DNA of 64,000 nucleotides from an uncultured Verrucomicrobiaceae bacterium (GTDB lineage Bacteria; Pseudomonadota; Gammaproteobacteria; Pseudomonadales; CAMLJR01): NCBI GenBank assembly GCA_964500675.1, contig CAZCNY010000004.1, positions 140,361 to 204,360 of the forward strand, read 5' to 3'. Shown piece by piece: positions 60,499 to 64,000 of this stretch (position 1 is its first letter; each line of letters starts with the position of its first letter). The notes under the pieces were generated by a model. It saw only the letters and a program-made list of their open reading frames with translations, ran no database searches and was not told where the DNA came from. The position numbers and the translations under genes were made by a program.

Positions 60499-61188
60499 AT
60501 GTCGTCTAATACCTTGTTGTCACCAAAGGCAACAGTCGCGGTTATCGATTACGGCATGGGCAATTTGCACTCGGTCGCGAGTGCGCTGCGCAAAATAAAT
60601 TCTGAAGCCAAGGTAACGATCACGAGCGATGCGCAGACAATTCTGCGCGCCGACCGCGTCATTTTTCCGGGCGTCGGCGCGATTCGCGATTGCATGGCGG
60701 AAATTCTGCGGCTCGGTATCGATAAGGTTGTGCGCGATGTGATCGCCAGCGGTAAACCGCTGCTCGCGATTTGTGTTGGTATGCAGGCGCTGATGCAGCA
60801 CAGCGAAGAAAACAACGGCGTCGATTGCCTGTCGATTTTGCCGGGGCAGGTGCTTTTTTTTGGAAATAAAAGTTTCGGCGATCCGTTAAAAGATTCGAAC
60901 GGCGAAAAACTCAAAGTGCCGCACATGGGCTGGAATCAAGTTCATCAAACGATTGCACATCCCTTGTGGAATGGTATCGCACAGGATAGCCGTTTTTACT
61001 TCGTGCACAGTTATTACATTCATTGCGATAAGCCTGAGTATATCGCCGCGACCGCGCAATACGGCGTGCAATTGCACGCGGCGCTCGCGCACAAGAATTT
61101 ATTCGCCGTGCAATTTCACCCGGAGAAAAGCAGCGACGCCGGTTTGCGTCTGCTGCAGAATTTTTTGGTGTGGGATGGTTCGTTCTAA
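60499..61188 (+). CDS. hisH: imidazole glycerol phosphate synthase, glutamine amidotransferase subunit
   Basis: 229 aa with [18 protein letters not shown]-type FPGVGA, the catalytic Cys in AICVGMQ and FVHSYY...QFHPEKS. Confidence 0.93.
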   Translation: MSSNTLLSPKATVAVIDYGMGNLHSVASALRKINSEAKVTITSDAQTILRADRVIFPGVGAIRDCMAEILRLGIDKVVRDVIASGKPLLAICVGMQALMQHSEENNGVDCLSILPGQVLFFGNKSFGDPLKDSNGEKLKVPHMGWNQVHQTIAHPLWNGIAQDSRFYFVHSYYIHCDKPEYIAATAQYGVQLHAALAHKNLFAVQFHPEKSSDAGLRLLQNFLVWDGSF

Positions 61189-61225
61189 TTATGTTTAATT
61201 CGTTTAATTAATTCTGAGAGGCTCG

Positions 61226-61954
61226 ATGTTAGTTATCCCCGCAATCGATTTAAAAGACGGAAAATGCGTGCGTTTACGCCAGGGCTTGATGGATGATTCG
61301 ACCGTATATGGCGACGATCCCGTGTCGATGGCGCAGCGCTGGGTCGATGCGGGTGCGCGCCGTTTGCATTTGGTCGATCTCAATGGCGCTTTTGCGGGCA
61401 CGCCGGTTAACGGCGCAGCGGTAACGGCGATTGCGAAACAATTTCCGAAATTACCGATTCAAATCGGCGGCGGCATTCGCAGCATTGAAATCATCGAGCA
61501 ATATTTGCATGCGGGCGTCAGCTACGTGATCATCGGCACGAAAGCGGTGAAAGAGCCGCAATTTATCGCCGAAGTGTGCAAAAAATTTCCCAATCGCATC
61601 ATCGTCGGCATCGATGCGAAAAACGGTCTGGTCGCGACCGACGGTTGGGCCGAAGTGTCGAGCGTGAAGGCGACCGCACTCGCGCAACGCTTCGAGCAGG
61701 ATGGCGTCACCGCGATTGTGTACACCGATATCAGTCGCGACGGCATGATGCAGGGCGTGAATGTCGAAGCGACGGTCGCGCTGGCGGAGGCGTCGACGAT
61801 TCCCGTGATCGCCTCGGGCGGTGTCACCGATATGGATGATATTCGCGCGCTTAAAGCCGTTGCGGCCAAAGGTATTCTCGGCGCGATCACGGGCCGCGCA
61901 ATTTATGAAAACACATTGAATCTTACCGAAGCGCAGGCGTTTTGCGATCAGTGA
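61226..61954 (+). CDS. hisA: 1-(5-phosphoribosyl)-5-[(5-phosphoribosylamino)methylideneamino]imidazole-4-carboxamide isomerase
   Basis: 242 aa with [15 protein letters not shown] ... LHLVDL.GA..G ... TDI.RDG...G. Confidence 0.93.
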   Translation: MLVIPAIDLKDGKCVRLRQGLMDDSTVYGDDPVSMAQRWVDAGARRLHLVDLNGAFAGTPVNGAAVTAIAKQFPKLPIQIGGGIRSIEIIEQYLHAGVSYVIIGTKAVKEPQFIAEVCKKFPNRIIVGIDAKNGLVATDGWAEVSSVKATALAQRFEQDGVTAIVYTDISRDGMMQGVNVEATVALAEASTIPVIASGGVTDMDDIRALKAVAAKGILGAITGRAIYENTLNLTEAQAFCDQ

Positions 61955-61979
61955 AATTTGCGATCGAAGGTATGCAGCG

Positions 61980-63179
61980 ATGACGAGCATCGGTACACCG
62001 CTCAGCAAATCCGCGAAAAAAATTCTGCTGCTGGGTTCGGGCGAACTCGGCAAAGAAGTGGCGATCGAGGCGCAGCGCTTCGGTGTGGAAGTGATCGCAG
62101 TCGATCGCTATGCCAACGCGCCGGCGATGCAGGTGGCGCATCGCAGCCATGTCGTGTCGATGCTCGACGGCGCCGCGCTGCGCACAATTATCGAAAGCGA
62201 AAAACCCGATCTCATCGTTCCCGAAATCGAAGCGATCGCGACGGATACCTTGATTGAATTGGAGCGCGAAGGTTTCCACGTCGTGCCGAGCGCGCGCGCA
62301 GCGAAATTGACGATGAACCGCGAAGGTATTCGCCGTCTCGCCGCCGAAGAATTGAAATTACCGACATCAAAGTATCGCTTCGCCGAAAATGAAGTGGAAT
62401 TTCGCACGGCGATTGCCGAGATCGGTATGCCATGCATCATTAAGCCGATCATGAGCTCGTCGGGCAAAGGGCAGTCGACCGTAAAAACCGCAGCCGATAT
62501 CGATCACGCCTGGCGTTATGCGCAAGAAGGCGGACGCACGGGCGCGGGTCGCGTTATCGTCGAAAGCTTTGTCGAGTTCGATTACGAAATCACATTGCTG
62601 ACTGTGCGCAGCGCCCATAACGTCGATGACAAACAGCGTACGCAATTCTGTGCGCCGATCGGACATTTGCAGATCGCCGGCGATTATCGCGAGTCGTGGC
62701 AGCCGCAGCCGATGTCATCGCTGGCATTGCAGCGCGCTGAGCAAATCGCGCGCGCCATTACCGAGGCGTTAGGCGGAACGGGAATATTCGGCGTCGAATT
62801 GTTCGTGCGCGGCGATGAGGTGATTTTCAGCGAAGTATCGCCGCGCCCGCACGATACGGGACTGGTCACGTTGATTTCGCAGGATTTGTCCGAGTTCGCG
62901 CTGCACGTGCGCGCGATTCTCGATCTGCCGATCCCGGTGATTCGCCAGCAGGGTGCGTCGGCTTCGTGCGCCTTGCTCGTTGAAGGCGATTCCGATTGCG
63001 TACGTTTTTCTAATCTTGAGCAAGCGCTGGCGCAACCCGATACCGCGCTGCGTTTATTCGGTAAACCTGAAGTGCATGGTCAGCGTCGCATGGGTGTCGG
63101 CCTTGCGCGCGCCGAAAATATTGACGAGGCTCGTGCCAAAGCGCGCGCCGTTATTGCCGCCATCCAACTGGAGCTGTAG
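61980..63179 (+). CDS. purT: formate-dependent phosphoribosylglycinamide formyltransferase (GAR transformylase 2)
   Basis: 399 aa with [44 protein letters not shown] and an ATP-grasp core ([13 protein letters not shown]). It lies between hisA and hisF. Confidence 0.9.
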   Translation: MTSIGTPLSKSAKKILLLGSGELGKEVAIEAQRFGVEVIAVDRYANAPAMQVAHRSHVVSMLDGAALRTIIESEKPDLIVPEIEAIATDTLIELEREGFHVVPSARAAKLTMNREGIRRLAAEELKLPTSKYRFAENEVEFRTAIAEIGMPCIIKPIMSSSGKGQSTVKTAADIDHAWRYAQEGGRTGAGRVIVESFVEFDYEITLLTVRSAHNVDDKQRTQFCAPIGHLQIAGDYRESWQPQPMSSLALQRAEQIARAITEALGGTGIFGVELFVRGDEVIFSEVSPRPHDTGLVTLISQDLSEFALHVRAILDLPIPVIRQQGASASCALLVEGDSDCVRFSNLEQALAQPDTALRLFGKPEVHGQRRMGVGLARAENIDEARAKARAVIAAIQLEL

Positions 63180-63181
63180 TC

Positions 63182-63943
63182 GTGGGACTCGCCAAGCGAA
63201 TAATTCCGTGTCTCGATGTCGATAAAGGCCGCGTCGTCAAAGGCGTCAATTTCGTCGATATTCGCGATGCTGGCGATCCCGTGGAAATCGCCAAGCGCTA
63301 CAACGAGCAGGGTGCCGATGAAATTACATTTCTCGATATTACGGCGAGCAACGAAGAGCGCGACACTACCGTGCACACGGTGGAAAAAATTGCCGAGGAG
63401 GTTTTCATTCCGCTCACGGTCGGCGGCGGTATTCGCACGGTGCAAGATATTCGCACCATGCTCAACGCGGGCGCCGATAAAGTCAGCATCAACACCGCGG
63501 CGATTCACAATCCCGACTTCGTGAAGGAGGCGGCCGAGCGATTTGGTTCGCAATGCATCGTCGTCGCGATCGACACCAAACAGGTCGGCGAAAATCGCTG
63601 GGAAATTTTTACGCACGGTGGCCGCCGTTCGACAGGCATCAATGCTGTGGAGTGGGCGATCAAAATGGTTGCGAACGGTGCCGGTGAATTACTGCTGACG
63701 AGTATGGATCGCGATGGCACCAAGGCCGGCTTCGATCTCGCGGTGACACGTGCGATCAGCGATGCCGTGCCCGTGCCCGTGATCGCGTCGGGTGGTGTCG
63801 GCAATCTTCAGCACTTGGTCGATGGCATTAAACTCGGCGGGGCGGATGCGGTACTGGCGGCGAGTATTTTCCACTTCGGGCAATTCAGCGTGCCGGAAGC
63901 GAAGCGTTTCATGCAGGGACAGGGAATTGAAGTGCGCCTTTGA
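63182..63943 (+). CDS. hisF: imidazole glycerol phosphate synthase, cyclase subunit
   Basis: 253 aa with [18 protein letters not shown]...[10 protein letters not shown]...GADE..FLDITAS ... ASGG.G. Confidence 0.93.
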   Translation: MGLAKRIIPCLDVDKGRVVKGVNFVDIRDAGDPVEIAKRYNEQGADEITFLDITASNEERDTTVHTVEKIAEEVFIPLTVGGGIRTVQDIRTMLNAGADKVSINTAAIHNPDFVKEAAERFGSQCIVVAIDTKQVGENRWEIFTHGGRRSTGINAVEWAIKMVANGAGELLLTSMDRDGTKAGFDLAVTRAISDAVPVPVIASGGVGNLQHLVDGIKLGGADAVLAASIFHFGQFSVPEAKRFMQGQGIEVRL

Positions 63944-64000
63944 TCGAGACGCGCTGCGTTGCGGTTGTCACTGGAAGCCCGCGCTTACTGGATTAATGCA

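Overview
This is a 64-kb chromosomal segment of a moderately GC-rich proteobacterium (gamma- or beta-like; organism not identified from sequence alone). Gene density is high and almost all long antisense ORFs in the track are GC-driven shadows.

**Core content**
- DNA repair and RNA helicases: uvrD, rep, deaD, mutY-yggX.
- A his cluster, hisB-hisH-hisA-[purT]-hisF.
- phaP-phaC, and a motAB stator pair.
- Four two-component systems plus one sigma54 enhancer-binding system.
- c-di-GMP and cyclase signalling proteins, and several envelope lipoproteins.

**Accessory and unusual content**
1. A 7.6-kb integrase-bearing filamentous (Inovirus-like) prophage is inserted in the 3' end of tRNA-Phe. It is bounded by perfect 46-bp direct repeats at 50348-50393 and 57915-57960.
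2. A five-gene operon sits on the minus strand at 42293 to 37965. It encodes a thermostable-hemolysin-family protein, an acyl-AMP ligase, a heme-oxygenase-like iron enzyme, an SDR and a TPR protein.
   - It is preceded by a good sigma54 -24/-12 promoter.
   - It shares a 15-mer upstream element (14/15 identical) with a second sigma54 promoter that drives a 68-aa orphan ORF.
   - The two promoters flank a dCache histidine kinase and a sigma54 activator.
   - I read this as one uncharacterised regulon or small-molecule system.
3. A stand-alone 871-aa NB-ARC/TPR STAND NTPase has a short helical N-terminal domain. It is a candidate single-gene immune sensor.
4. A class-III cyclase-homology/PilZ fusion has non-canonical catalytic motifs.
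5. An AT-rich acyltransferase-3 gene is frameshifted in a short homopolymer.
6. Five short tandem-repeat arrays (16, 17, 18 and 20 bp, and a 10-bp phased GTTCR array) sit in intergenic or promoter regions.

No rRNA, CRISPR array or IS element was seen.
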